From the NCBI GenBank assembly GCA_020536535.1, contig JAHLWZ010000663.1:1-64000 (forward strand): DNA of 64,000 nucleotides. Reading direction: 5' to 3'. The notes beneath the pieces are model-generated. The model was not told the DNA's origin. It ran no database searches and saw only the letters and a program-made list of their open reading frames with translations. Of the stretch, positions 39,315 through 51,654 are shown in pieces (positions within the stretch are counted from its first letter, which is position 1; every line of letters starts with the position of its first letter). Source of the DNA: Pelomyxa schiedti (Eukaryota > Protista > Evosea). Position numbers and translations under genes: made by a program.

Positions 39315-39842
39315 CTTGTCCAATGTACCCTCCTCCGCAGAACCAGACCGTCGCGACGAAAACGAAAAAGGAAAATAATGCAGTTCCGGTCCTTTGATTT
39401 TAGTCTGGTCTGGACCAGTTCGAGAAAAGTGCAGCTCGGATTTTCTCGCTAGAAACCAGCAGCTCCAGAACAACAACACCACCACCACCTCCAAAATGCC
39501 GATTGGTCAGGGGTCATGTTCAGCCGCTTTTTGATATTGTTCGTTCCAGGCTTTCTACAGTCAATTCCCCACTCTGCAGCGAGAGTCTCTGCTATAGTAG
39601 ATTGAACACCCGCTGCACACTCCTGCCTATTGTCACCACTCACTGGCCTCTGTTCTACACCATGCTTGATGTTACGTTTGATGACGGTCTATGTAAACAT
39701 TGCAAGGGACTTACGCACAAGTTTGGGAATGTTTGCATGCACTGCTTGCTTCCAGAAGGAGATTCGCTACTGGAGACTCGGGATCACACACAACCTATCT
39801 TGTCATGCAACGTTTTTTTTGAGTGATTGGGCCAAAGGCAGT

Positions 39843-40771
39843 TTAGAAGTCGAAAATGTGGGTATAGGGACCTGAGGAAGTCATTCTTAGGCGTTGTCTG
39901 TTGCCATAAGTACCACTGACTAGCACAACTGTTTTGGCCGGTGGGTGATGTAGTTCAGTTGTTGCTGCTGCTGTTGTTGTTGTTGTTGCTGCTGCTTGAG
40001 GCTCGCTTGTGGAACTAGTTGAAGCTGTTGTTTCTGAACTTGTGGTGGTTGTTTCTATTATGGGTTCTGAGGATGATGTGGGTTTTGGAGAAGGCGTTGC
40101 TGGTGTTGTTGCACAAATGTGTGATTGGGCCGATATCGAGGAAGAAAACGAGGAGATAAACTCGTTGAACAGCCGTAGGCCGCTTTGTTTCTCAATCAAT
40201 GAGTGATACCTTGTTCTGGTGAATTGAAAGTGGCTTTTGTTATTTCACTAATAAGGAGGGACTCACTGTGCGACATTACTCTTCAACTTGCCAGCCATAG
40301 ACGCTTGTGGAATTATCATCACGTCCCCTTTTACGGCAATAATTGACTCGTTGCCATTGGTGACTGGATTAAAACCTACAGTAAGAAACTCTAGTTAGTT
40401 CTACATGACTATCCCAAGTCATTAATGCCTACATATCTGAGCACTAGAAATAGCCTCCACTACAGAGGAATTACCAAATGAATTAAAAAGCTCAAAAAGA
40501 AAACCTGCTCTATGGACGGACTCAGTTGTGGCACTCTTTAAAAAGCAAACGTAAACTATAATTCCCCGCTCAATAGCACCCCATTGTGTTGCCCCTGCAT
40601 CCTTCCCATAACCAATTAAAGGTAGGTAGAACAGCGGGTTTAAGGCAAACAACAACTACGCAGCACTGTCACGATAAATGTGGCCACAGATGTCACACGC
40701 ACAAGTGACAATTCGGCACTCTCCACTTGCTGTACTACAGTTCGCACCCCACAATTCGTTGTTGCCGCCAT
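39843..40771 (-). CDS. DTD2: D-aminoacyl-tRNA deacylase 2 / ATD-type, spliced
   Basis: Spliced: GVRTVVQQVESAEL, QWGAIERGIIVYVCFLKSA, GDVMIIPQASMAGKLK..QYHS, GLRLFNEF and GTYGNRQRLRMTSSGPYTHIFDF*. These match the recalled DTD2 motifs (RGLVIYVCF, PQATLGG, GTYGNRQ, GPFTH). Confidence 0.9.
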
Positions 40772-40833
40772 CGCATCGGCCACCGCCAGGGCACAAAATT
40801 GGAAATAAATTAAAAAATCTATTTTGACATTGT

Positions 40834-41349
40834 TCAGTAGTGCACAATAAACATGGCAATTTCAATAAGCAGAAATGGAGGTACATGCCACAGAGGGCTG
40901 CTTTTGCCAGTGTTGGGGAGATGTCCCGCAAGCAGAGTGAGTAGAGCTGGTCTGTTTACTTTTAGGCCATACTTGTGCCATGTCAAATCAAAGTACAAAC
41001 GGCCTGATTGATACGAACATGGTGCGAACTTGCTCTGGAACTGTGATTCAGTTATGTGCCAATTTCCACATGGGTCTAACTTCTCAAAGGAGCAGGACAT
41101 TGCGTCAGCATAGGGGCAAAGCCGGGAAATGGAGCCCCATATACTGGGTGTGTGTGGTATACCGCGAAAGCTATAACTACACCAAGACTTCACCCACTCT
41201 TTGAAGCAACCTTCGTGAATCCGGACAGAGTAGGAAGGAATTACCTCCTCGGTCAATCTGACACCTTTATACTTAACAGAGCTCAGTATTTTATGAAGTG
41301 GAACCTGCAGCACGATACAGTAGAGTGCCACTGCATACAATTTCCCCAT
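40834..41349 (-). CDS. hypothetical protein (C-terminal exon/ORF)
   Basis: 171-aa ORF ending ALLTLLAGHLPNTGKSSPLWHVPPFLLIEIAMFIVHY*; true start unresolved. Confidence 0.4.
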   Translation of the reverse strand: MGKLYAVALYCIVLQVPLHKILSSVKYKGVRLTEEVIPSYSVRIHEGCFKEWVKSWCSYSFRGIPHTPSIWGSISRLCPYADAMSCSFEKLDPCGNWHITESQFQSKFAPCSYQSGRLYFDLTWHKYGLKVNRPALLTLLAGHLPNTGKSSPLWHVPPFLLIEIAMFIVHY

Positions 41350-41810
41350 TATGGTTCAGAGTCCAACAACCCTCACTCATTGCGAAATAGGTCTTGTAGC
41401 CCCTTTATACCAAAAAATGAGAACCCAAAAAAAGGAACTTAAAAAAAAAAAAAATGCTCACACACAAGAAGTCTCAACCAATTCGTATCGCTTCTCGTTC
41501 GTATTAATACTGGACAGTGACAACATCACACAGTGCTAGGATGTTGAGTAGGACCAATAAACAACAACAACAAAAACAAGCACGGAGAAAAACAAAGCCT
41601 CCGTTGTTTTTTTGTTCAATAGAACCTGATCCCTCTGATGTAACCACAAACCAACCGGTGTACTGTGATCACCCATGAAATAAGTGTCGGTTTTTCTCAT
41701 AACCTGGAGAATAATCAACAGGCCGGAACGCTGCATGTACGTATGTAGGATCGGCGGTCTGGTGCTTCTTTTATTCTCCCTTATCGCCAAGTACTTGTGG
41801 GTTGCGAGAT

Positions 41811-42476
41811 TTAGGGATGGTGCCGTGACAGCACACTTTTTGCTATGTCCCGTTTCGCGGCTCGCATTTCCTCTTCCGAAGTGAAAGGGCACAGTTCAGT
41901 TGGGTGAGTACGCAGTGTGCACTTTGAACAGTACTTCCACAGAGTGGGGAAGAACCACCAGATAGTGGTCCCATTTGCGTTGTATTCACAGGGTCCAGGA
42001 TACGCAACAAGAAGTGGATTGACTTTGAAAAAGTGTGCCTCGTACTGTCCGTTGCTTGTGTCGGTCCCCGGGATAAGCAGTGGCACCAGATATTCGGTGT
42101 CCCCAAGGAACTGTGAAAACGCGGCAAGAAGTTCTTCCCTGGGAGCGTCGCTGTAGAGGATGACAGGTACCACAAACTCATGTGGCGTAAAGTCTATGTC
42201 CCCATCTTTCAGTTGCACAGACACACCTTCCCTGGTGCTTTCGTTCTCAGTCAAGCAAACTCGATACGCCCCATTGCATTTGTCGAACCAATAGACCAAA
42301 CCCGTAAGCTGTGTCTGCACGGCTTGGCATATTTCGTCTTGTGTAGCGGTGTCGACAGTGAACGGGTGGTAGTAAAGCACAATTGTGGGTTGTTTAGCAG
42401 CCGATGTAATAATTTCTCCCCCAGCTGAGGTGGAACTTCCAGTATGAGTTACTGTCTGTGCCATCACAGATGACAT
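41811..42476 (-). CDS. hypothetical protein with CCHC zinc knuckle
   Basis: Uninterrupted ORF of about 221 aa from MSSVMAQ containing C-x2-C-x4-H-x4-C (CSKCTLRTHPTELC) near the C-terminus. Confidence 0.6.
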   Translation of the reverse strand: MSSVMAQTVTHTGSSTSAGGEIITSAAKQPTIVLYYHPFTVDTATQDEICQAVQTQLTGLVYWFDKCNGAYRVCLTENESTREGVSVQLKDGDIDFTPHEFVVPVILYSDAPREELLAAFSQFLGDTEYLVPLLIPGTDTSNGQYEAHFFKVNPLLVAYPGPCEYNANGTTIWWFFPTLWKYCSKCTLRTHPTELCPFTSEEEMRAAKRDIAKSVLSRHHP

Positions 42477-42532
42477 ACCGCCCTCTGTGTCGTCTTGATC
42501 GACACCACTCCCAGAAAAAAAAAAAAACAGCG

Positions 42533-43500
42533 ATGGACACTGGGAAGAAAGAGGAAGGTGCGGAGCCGGAGGAAGAGGGAGGAGTAAGAGGCATCCCAAT
42601 TGGAACCGAAGAAGCTTGCGCGGCGGTCGTGAACGGAGGCGACGTGGAGGTTTTGGCGCGCGGCACGCCGATACAGTACCAGCATCTGGTGTACGCCATC
42701 GATGAGGCTCTGAAGCGACCCTACTTCACTTTCAATGTGTGTGCCAAATTCAATGTGTCCTGTGACTTTGTTTTTGTTGTTGTTGTTGTTGCTGCTGCTG
42801 CTTATGGTCCCGCCAAATAAATGCTTAACTTGGCCAGGATTTCTTGAGTTACTTCAAGGGATTGGAGGATACCCATGGGGAACGGTTTTGGTTCACGCTT
42901 TATGTAACTCTATTGTATGTTCTGAGAAGGAACATAAAGGTGTGGAACAAATTATTCCTTGGAACCTCTTTCTTATTGTCTCCTTTTCTTTCTATGTTTT
43001 TCCCACTTCTTCAATATCATTTAGCTCGGATTTTATTTTGTTCAATTTTCTTATATTTGGAACATGGAACTGGGTGATTTACACTGTTTGCTGTAGCAAG
43101 AGTGCCTTATCGTTTTGGTTAAAAAGTATGGCTTGATGGAAAAATGGAAAGCCATAGAGCCCCTTATCGTTCAGCAATCAGCACTGTCAACACAAAAGTA
43201 TGGCAGCCAATCTTGCCGAATTTAAGCTCCTTCTGTAATGACCTCTAACTACAGTGTCACATCCGATGTCCTGACCACTACCAAATTCTTGGAGACCGTG
43301 ATTCAAGTGAAGAAAAGCACTTTAACCAAACTGGAAGAGAAAGAAACACAGGTACTGGGAATTTTATCCCATAATCATCTATCACAAATAACCCCTTGTA
43401 GCTCCAACATGAGGAAGCACAGCTGATGCAACAACTACACCAACTTCAGGACCAAACCTCTGTGCTTGTAAATACTCTCCAGGAAAACTTTTTGCCCTAA
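42533..43500 (+). CDS. hypothetical protein with C-terminal coiled coil, spliced
   Basis: MDTGKKEEGAEPEEE.., then exons DFLSYFKGLEDTHGERFWFTLY, LVKKYGLMEKWKAIE and LQHEEAQLMQQLHQLQ..NFLP*. Confidence 0.5.
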
Positions 43501-43578
43501 AGCCAAAATCTAAAAAAACAAAACCCGCGGTCCTTCATTACCCAGTTTAGTGCCATCACCACAGGGACCCCGAAAAAA

Positions 43579-46308
43579 ATGACGACGAGCACGGCAATCA
43601 ACCCCCAAATGGTACCCAGTCCCTACTTTTTTTTATTTGTGTTTTCGAACAACTGGCCCCCAGTCTAGCCACACACTCGTCCCTAGATTCACAGTGAACA
43701 AACACAACTCTCTTTTGTGTCAAACCTAAATTTCTATGATGTGGGTTCAGGCTACTTCTCCAAGTGCCTCGCCTGACACTGCTACGAATCCTACTACCAC
43801 TACAACAACAACAACCCCTCCAAGTGCAACTACTGCTGATGCGAGCTGTTGTGAAAATGCCAGCTCAACGGGAGCAACGTCGTCATCAACAGGGGGAGGT
43901 GTTGATGACCAACAACAGAAACAACAGCAAGTGGCGGCGAGTGATGAGAAGCCTGTGAATCACGATAGCTGTGACTGCTGTGGGGGTGGGGGCCAGTTGG
44001 TGTGCTGTGACAAGTGCCCGTCTTCCTACCACATCGAGTGCGTGCTCCCGCCAACTACTTTCGACGAACTCCATGAGTGGTGGTACTGCAGGGCCTGCTT
44101 ACCTTCTGTCACTAATGCTCATGCTCACGCTCATGCAAATGACAATGCCAATGCTACTGCAGTTGAGGCTGCTTTTTGGAATTTCTTTTTTTCCCCCCCC
44201 CCCCCCCTATTTGAAACAAAACCTCACCCTATCTTTCTGAAAAAAGACACGCAATTACAGTTTGGGTGACATTCTCACAAATAAGATGAAGACTATGAAT
44301 CCTACTATTTACACTCTCCCCAAGATAGTGTCACAAGGTTTGTATCTAGCGAACAACAATGGGAAAAAATTACAGACTCTCACAGATGCAGGAGCACAAC
44401 ACAATCTCAGAAAGCGTCAAGTAATTTCTGAATGCTCACCAATTACCAACTTATTCAACTGCCATTAGCAAGTCAAAGAGACCATTTGTAAGTATTGTGA
44501 GGCTTCTGGCGGTCTCCAAGCCCGCTGTAATTTATGCAACCGTTTTTATCACTTGCGTTGTCTTGATCCGCCACTTTCATATGTGCCTGACTATTTCGAA
44601 TGTGATAGACACTACAGAGATGGGCTACCTGAATCAGCTTTCTCTGTGTGCTGTTTCTTCTGGTACTCTGCGATTGATCAATACCTAGAGGCGACCTGAT
44701 CCATATGACTACGTTTCCAATGGTGCTGTTAAAATTGACTTCAATGGCGACAGCATCCCTGTACCAATGACGCAAGTACAATGCTGCACTCATATGTTGG
44801 TTGAAGAGTGATCTGAGAAATAACACAGGATGGCAAAGTGTGGGAGTGCAAAAGACCACGCATTGGGGATGTATCACAAGCTGAAAAGCAGCCAATTCTT
44901 AATGATACTATTGTTAAGTATAAAAACATTTCAGAAACGCCAAAAAGTAACCTTGAAACTATAGAACGTAAGTTTACCCCTACAAAGCGATGTCATTCTG
45001 TCAACAAGGTCGGCCACAGCAATGGCACCTCTTTTTGCACAATTTTTTGCATGGCAGAAACTTGAAACAGTATTTACCCTTTCTTACCCTTATTTTTATG
45101 TTGGGTTCGTAATGGGGTATTGTGCCATAGGTGAATGCTGAAATGAATGCTTTACGAGCCAGGGCCTCATCAGATACTCATGGTGGTTCCTCTGAAAGTG
45201 GAGCCACCAAAACTCCAGCAGCGGACCTACGTTCAGAAGTTATGAATAAGCATATACAAACCATGGCTCCCAAACGTATTGTAGAGATACGTATGTTTCT
45301 GTCAAAAGTTTGGTCCCTGAACATTAACACAGTAAATTAGCGGCAACGTATCTTGCTCAGATGGGCCGGGCCAGACCTGCATCTACAGAGAATACTACTT
45401 CAAGGTTAGTAGCAATGAGGGAAGCAACCCTTAAAATTTTCCAGCAGAGCCAAGTCAAAGAGACAGACACGGTACCGAAAGGAAAAGTACCTGCCCTCCA
45501 CTATTGCCCCTTTAAATCTAACGTGGACATTGCGTGCCATACAGTGACGAATTCATGCAGAATATTATCGCCAGTGAGGTGGCGCAAGATAAAAAGGCTC
45601 AAGTGAAGGGTTGTGCGTTGCATTGCAACTGTTACCTCTTACGTATGTGGGACAACTGAAAGTTTAGGTTCCCGCCGGAAAAAAACAAGGGCTGCCCCCA
45701 CCCCAGTGTCTCAGGCTCCTCCAATTCCAGCGTATACACATGCACCACCTCCACCAGCAGCATCCCCGCCTATACAGGAACAAGAAGGTTCTGTAACTCC
45801 TATATTAATTCATTCTTACAGAGTCCGCAGCTCCCCCAGAACCACTAGTAATAAAAATACTGACTCCTGCTGAAAACGAAAGATATTGCTACCTTGCTTC
45901 AGAAGGTCTTATCCAATAGATATTCCCAGGCTAACGTAACAGGCCACAGATAATCAAGTACTATTCCGCATACACAAGTCCCCAGTGGTGATTGGCCGAT
46001 CCGGAAAGGGTGCAGACCCCGATTTCAACCTTGGGCAGCACACTGTATCCCGCTCTATCAGCCACGCACATGCATGGATTACCTTTTCCACCCCAAACAC
46101 ACAGTTCCGGATCAAAAACTCAGGCCGGAACGGCACCCTACTTCACAGAAGAGGCCCCGCTGGCACCACAGACACCTACGCACTCACTGACCCCCATAAT
46201 GGTGCAGAAATGGACCTGCTCCCTGGTGATGTACTGGAAATAGGCCATTTCCGGTTTTACTTCATCCAACCCTATAACTACACTCCTCCCACAGTCTCCA
46301 CTGGCTAA
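43579..46308 (+). CDS. PHF12: PHF12-like chromatin reader (PHD-PHD-FHA), spliced
   Basis: PHD1 NHDSCDCCGGGGQLVCCDKCPSSYHIEC..WYCRAC; PHD2 CKYC..CNLCNRFYHLRCLDPPL..CDRH; FHA VIGRSG..SISHAHA..NSGRNGT..GDVLEIG. Confidence 0.8.
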
Positions 46309-46588
46309 CAAACCAAAAACGAATCAATGCCAGAGGTTGGAACCAACCCGAAAAAGAGATCGGGGGGTAACTTTTTTTTTCCTCTTCACTTGAGAAACTG
46401 TGACGTTCTCAAAGTGGCAACTTTGACTTTGGTCATTCGGAGATCAGAGATCAAAGGCTGAAAATAGTCTTCGTTCTTTCCGCAAGTATCGGAAAACCAA
46501 ATGAAAACGAAAAAAAAAAAACCAACAGTACCGTTGTCCCGTTTTGTGGCCACCGGATCTGCGATACGTTGTTTAGAAGACAACCAAT

Positions 46589-49500
46589 ATGTGTTCAGCC
46601 TTAAGTGTACACAGCCAAGACTACGGCACCTCAAGATCTACGGATCCTCTTGTGCGGGAACAGCCGTGGGACTTTTTAGCGCGCCAGCAACTTCAGGTCC
46701 TGGTAGATCAGGGTGTAAAAACCACACACTCTTTTGAAACTATGGGTGACGTAAAGGCTGACTCTATGTGGCCTGGAATTTCCTTGGGGAACCAACCCGA
46801 TTTTTACCGGTTAGTTTTTTGTTTTATTATTTCCCTCTCTTTGTCGTCTATGTCTTGACTGTTTTTTTCCCCTCCTTTTTATTAGAGACAGCTCCTTGGA
46901 TGCCTTATCGCCATTTTTTTCCGAGTACTCTTTTGCAGGTGACAATTCTTTTTTTCACCTTTAAAAAATACCTGCCTTATCTCTTAAAAGCCAGCAATAT
47001 GGTAACGGAAACGGGAACACAACCACAGACATCTCCAAGCAGAACGCCTCAGGGTTCTAATACATCTTCTCCTACTACCAGTGTGGGCAGTGAGGGTCAG
47101 CAATATGTAAATACTGCCTCACTAGCTCCACTGGGCGAACAAAATTCACAGTTACCACCCGCCTCACAAAGCCACACCGTTTCTACCCCCTTTGTACCTC
47201 AAGTGTCACCGTCTATTGTAGCTTTAGGCCTAAATCACACAATATCCCCACCTCCTCAACTGCCTATTCCAGATTTCCATCTTATTTCCTCACAGTCAAA
47301 TGTATCACCAAGCAGCAACTCATCTGACAGTGACAGTTGTGGAACTTCAACAGAAAGCAGTTCTTCTCGCCCTGCGACCGCCAATAGCTCCAGACGGGGC
47401 AGCGCGGAAGACAGTGACAACAGTGGGAGTAACAGTGATAATCCGAAGCCTGCCCACCCACCTAAGCTTGCCAGACATCGTGGTTCCAAACCCATTGTAC
47501 TATCACTTCCACCTATGAGTGCACGCAATAATACTCCTGCAACTCCCATGACTCCACTACACCTCAAGATCCCTCCATGCCTACAAATAGCCCCAACTCC
47601 AGTACCCCTATCTACCCCGATCCCCCAAACCCCCAAGTGGAGCAACACGACTGAGGAATGTTCTTTAGGTAAAACTTCCTTCAAAGTTAAAAAAACTGAT
47701 TCTTTGTTCAGCTGGCACACATCGAAAACACCCAAGCACGGAAAACTTGACAGAAAACACACAATTGCGGACCACAAGCATAAGTGAATATTCAAGTAAT
47801 AGAAATATACTCTGGCACAATATGAAAGTGGAGGAGGTGGTTATTTTGGACTCAGAGTTTTCTCCCATGTACGTCTGCTTAGCAAACGCACACGTTTACT
47901 CATTTCTGTAGAACTTGTACCCTCGAAATCGAGGCTTCTGGGTACCAATATAGCAACGAAGTGAATGCGTTCATTCACTACAGACGTAATCAACTGAGGG
48001 TCTGTTGTACTTTTTCTAGTCCAACTGTACCAAAGTTTGTTACCATATTCCGTATAACTCCCATTTGAATTGCTTGCCTCTAGGTTTGTTTCTTACCGTG
48101 GAAGCACCCAAAGTATAGATTCATTTTCATATAAAATTGTTGCTATTGTGTCTGATTCATCTCCCACGAAAAATGTAGTGGAAGTTTTTTGTCCCTGTTT
48201 AACAAAAACCTAGGTTGATTTGTACTACACAACCACAACACGTGATAAAAGACAAAAGTGCCTTACAACTTTTCCCTGTTATCATACACAAAAGGTTGTC
48301 TTTTCCAAGTTATCCCACAAACACTGATGAAAACAAGTGTAAACTCCCGAAAATATACTTTTCGAAGGCAACAGCCCATAACTCTAGTAGCAATAAAGTA
48401 TTCTTAGCTCTGTTGACCGAACTATCTTAACATATGACAGGACAAACAGGAATACTTTCAACTAGTCATTACTTTGATTGCCAATACCACAGGAGGCTTC
48501 ACTCCAGCACTCGCCTCATACATGTCCGACCCCATCATTGTCAGAGGCAACCACCCTGGGAAATACTTCCATTCTCGGACACCCCACGGTGCTTCTCTTG
48601 CATCCACGGTTTGTGTCACTTCTTGCGACACTGTGTCCGATCGCAGCTCTACATGCACACCCTCGACAGGTGATGAGAATTCTCAGAATGCCTCGGTCTC
48701 ACCAATAGTGCATGGATGCCCCCAACACAACAACAAAGCAATTCTGGTCTATATCTCATCTCAGTTGAAGTCTGCTAACATCGTCGCAGGTTGATGTTCT
48801 TGGTGATACTAACCTAGAAGTAATGAAATATCCTGGTATTTTTTCCACAACGTGTGCCTTCTTTAATATTCTCTTCAAGAAAAGTCCAACCCCCGACAAG
48901 GAAGCAGACAACCTTCTTCCTTGCAGGGAACTCAACAATCAGTGTGCTCCCAACAACCCGTTCTTAAATCTGAATCTCAAGATCTGCCATCTTCTCTACA
49001 TAAATTACCCCCAGCACAACCTCAGCTGAACATTCCGCAACAAGCTGACCAAGTCCTGCCTTACCAGTCATCCCAGTCTCAACCACAACCACAACCACAA
49101 CCGCAACCACAACCACAGCCACAGCCACAGCCACAACCTCAATCTCAATCTCAGTCTCAACCGCAGTCGCAAGCACTGCCACAACCACCTAGTATTCAAC
49201 AGCAACTCGAAGAGATTCAAATACAGTTACAACTGCAACGCCAGCTTCAGCAATTGGAACAGTTACAACAATTCCAACTCGAGATGACAAAACAAACACA
49301 GAAATGCACCGAGAATCAGCTCAAGCAGGCACAACCTCAACCACAACCCCCTCTCATTCCCAAGTTGCCGTCTCCAACGCTACCTTATGAGCCGCCACCA
49401 CAAGTACCAGGACCCCAACAAATTCCAGCATCAGCGCCTCAGAGTACAGTCTTTGAGGGTAAAGTTGGTATCAACACCAACCAGCCGGCTGAGGCTTTAT

Positions 49501-50292
49501 CTGTTATTGGAAACATTTCACTGACAGGCACAATATACCAACCCTCTGGTACTTTCCTGGTTTTTCCATTATCTACTCAACCATAGTAAGATGTGAGAGT
49601 AAAAGAACAAATCACACCGCTGGATACAAGTGACCAATTGAAGAAAATTTCACAGCTAAAACTTTATGATTACAAAATGAAGGTGTGAAATTCAGCAGTA
49701 TCCACCTTTTTTCAACCCTTTTTTCAGAAAGGAATTGCTACAGGCGACGAGCACCAGCACGGGATCCTAGCCCAAGAATTACGGGAAGTCTTCCCACATG
49801 CTGTTGTTGATACTTCTTATACTGTGGATTTGGAGTACGATACCCAGACCACTACGATGTGATAATCTTTCCTTTTACGAAAACAGGAACGGTGAGAAGG
49901 TCGACGGTCTCGTCATGGTAAACAAGGATGCCCTCCTAATGGAGACAGTGGGTGCGACAGTTGAAATTGCCAAACGAATTGAGGGACTGCAACTGCTGCC
50001 CCAGCCCGCCAGTGTCAACGGAGATAGCCTTGATGTAAGCACTAGCCAAACTTACAAAAGACCAAGACCCTCAAGGAAAAGAAGAGGTACCAACACAGCA
50101 CACATATTTGATTCTCACCTTCCCGCAGTGGCGATTATTTCCGCGCTGGTTGCGTTGATTATCCTCCTTGTAATAGCTGCGGCCCTTGTACTCTTCACTC
50201 TATTTCTCTCTGGGACAACAATAGCATCATCTGACGGGCAGGCTAGTCACCACCCCAACTCACACGCCAATTCGCATGCTTGGTTTGTATGA
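46589..50292 (+). CDS. MYRF: MYRF/MrfA-like membrane-anchored transcription factor (NDT80-type DNA-binding domain + peptidase S74/ICA + TM)
   Basis: DBD motifs FIHYRRNQLRV, FSKATAHN and SDPIIVRGNHPGKY; ICA GKVGINTNQPAEALSVIGN..PSDVRVK (Ser/Lys dyad across an intron), GILAQEL and MVNKDALLMETVGA; then a TM segment. Start and 3' end uncertain. Confidence 0.88.
49080..49166 (+). repeat. coding hexamer repeat (CAACCA/CAGCCA/CAATCT)n encoding a QP/QS tract
   Basis: Visible in the sequence; lies inside the MYRF-like gene. Confidence 0.85.
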
Positions 50293-50725
50293 TCCTCCTG
50301 GAGTCTGTGTGTTTTGTGTATGGAGTGGGGCGAGGTGTGTTGTATTTGTGGTACTGGTTGCTCGGTACCACTAATGGAAATATAAAAATCTGTCTTTGTT
50401 TTTAGCCAACCAGTTGGCTTTGTTTTTGTTTGCAAAAAAGAAGAGGGACCTACTTGTAATACTGTGGCTTGTGCTGGAAACTGTTGTAATCGAGATGCCT
50501 GAGATACATCAAGGTGTTGCAGGTTCTGTAACTGTGGCAGGTGCGTGGCGTTGGTAGGTGTAGTTACTGCAGGTGTAGGAGTGGTGGTTTCGCCGCAGGA
50601 GGGTGTTTCAGGTCCGCGCCACAAACAACGTGTTTCCACGAATTTGCAAGTGCAGCCAGTGTCCACAAACTTCAACTAAAACCAAACATTGGAACTAAAT
50701 AATTTAATTAGCCAACATAACTAAC

Positions 50726-51565
50726 ATGGCCGACGTGTCAGACCCCGCTCTCGTTGAGGCGTACAAGGACGTTCGCAACGACTCCACTCCCACAAATTGG
50801 TTACTTTTCTTTGGGGTTTTTTTTTTTCCCTGACTGGTGTCCGATGTAGGGTGTTGTGTGGGGCGAGGTGTGTTGTATTTGTGGTACTGGTTGCTCGGTA
50901 CCACTAATGGAAATATAAAAATCTGTCTTTGTTTTTAGCCAACCAGTTGGCTTTGTTTTTGTTTGCAAAAAAGAAGAGNNNNNNNNNNNNNNNNNNNNNN
51001 NNNNNNNNNNNNNNNNNNNNNNNNNNNNNNNNNNNNNNNNNNNNNNNNNNNNNNNNNNNNNNNNNNNNNNNNNNNNNNTAGAGGACGAGGAGTCTGCAGT
51101 TGTAGTAGCGGCCGCGGTTGGAGTTGCTTCCGGAGTTGTTTCGGGGGTGCTGTTTGACACGGGAGTGGGCGTGACAGTTGGAGTAGAATTCACTGTGGCC
51201 TATTTGATAACCCCGAAGGTATCCTAAACCCAAATCACATTTAGTGTAACTGGTGACGCAGAGAGCAAACGAGCCAAGTTCGTTTTCATCTCGTGGGTTG
51301 GTGAGCGCGTATCAGCCATCAAGCGAGCCAAAGTCAGTGTACACAAACCAAGCCTCCAGACTGTTTTTGCCGTACGTATTCTTTTCTTGGCGTGGTTCTT
51401 ATTTGGAACCCCTCCTTTTTTTTCTTTTTCTTACCTCTACCACCTTAGAACTTTGCTTTGGCCGTTCATGGTGCCGTAGTTGATGATCTGCTTGAGGACA
51501 AAATCCGTGCTGCTCTGATTAAGGCAGGCGGTGCCAACTACTCTGGAAACGTGATGGGCCATTAG
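50726..51565 (+). CDS. COTL1: coactosin (ADF-H family); middle exon missing because of gap/chimera
   Basis: MADVSDPALVEAYKDVRNDSTPTNW-VLCG, then interrupted; resumes VTGDAESKRAKFVFISWVGE..KRAKVSVHK, NFALAVH..DDL..IKAGGANYSG..*. Confidence 0.88.
50979..51078. other. 100-N scaffold gap
   Basis: Run of exactly 100 n. Confidence 0.99.
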
Positions 51566-51654
51566 ATCGTTCTCACATAGAGGCCACTTTGCCAAAAATC
51601 AAAAAAAAACACAAAAAAAGAAAAAGAGCTTTGCTTCTGATTTTTATTTTTAAG

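Noticed and set aside
40190-40225. TRYHSLI as a TrpG/PabA glutamine amidotransferase motif
   Set aside because: Correct splicing gives AQYHSL, matching the DTD2 QYHS motif; no other GATase motifs are present.
40834-42476. Complete non-LTR or LTR retrotransposon
   Set aside because: No RT (YxDD), endonuclease or integrase motifs, LTRs or target-site duplications were found next to the zinc-knuckle ORF.
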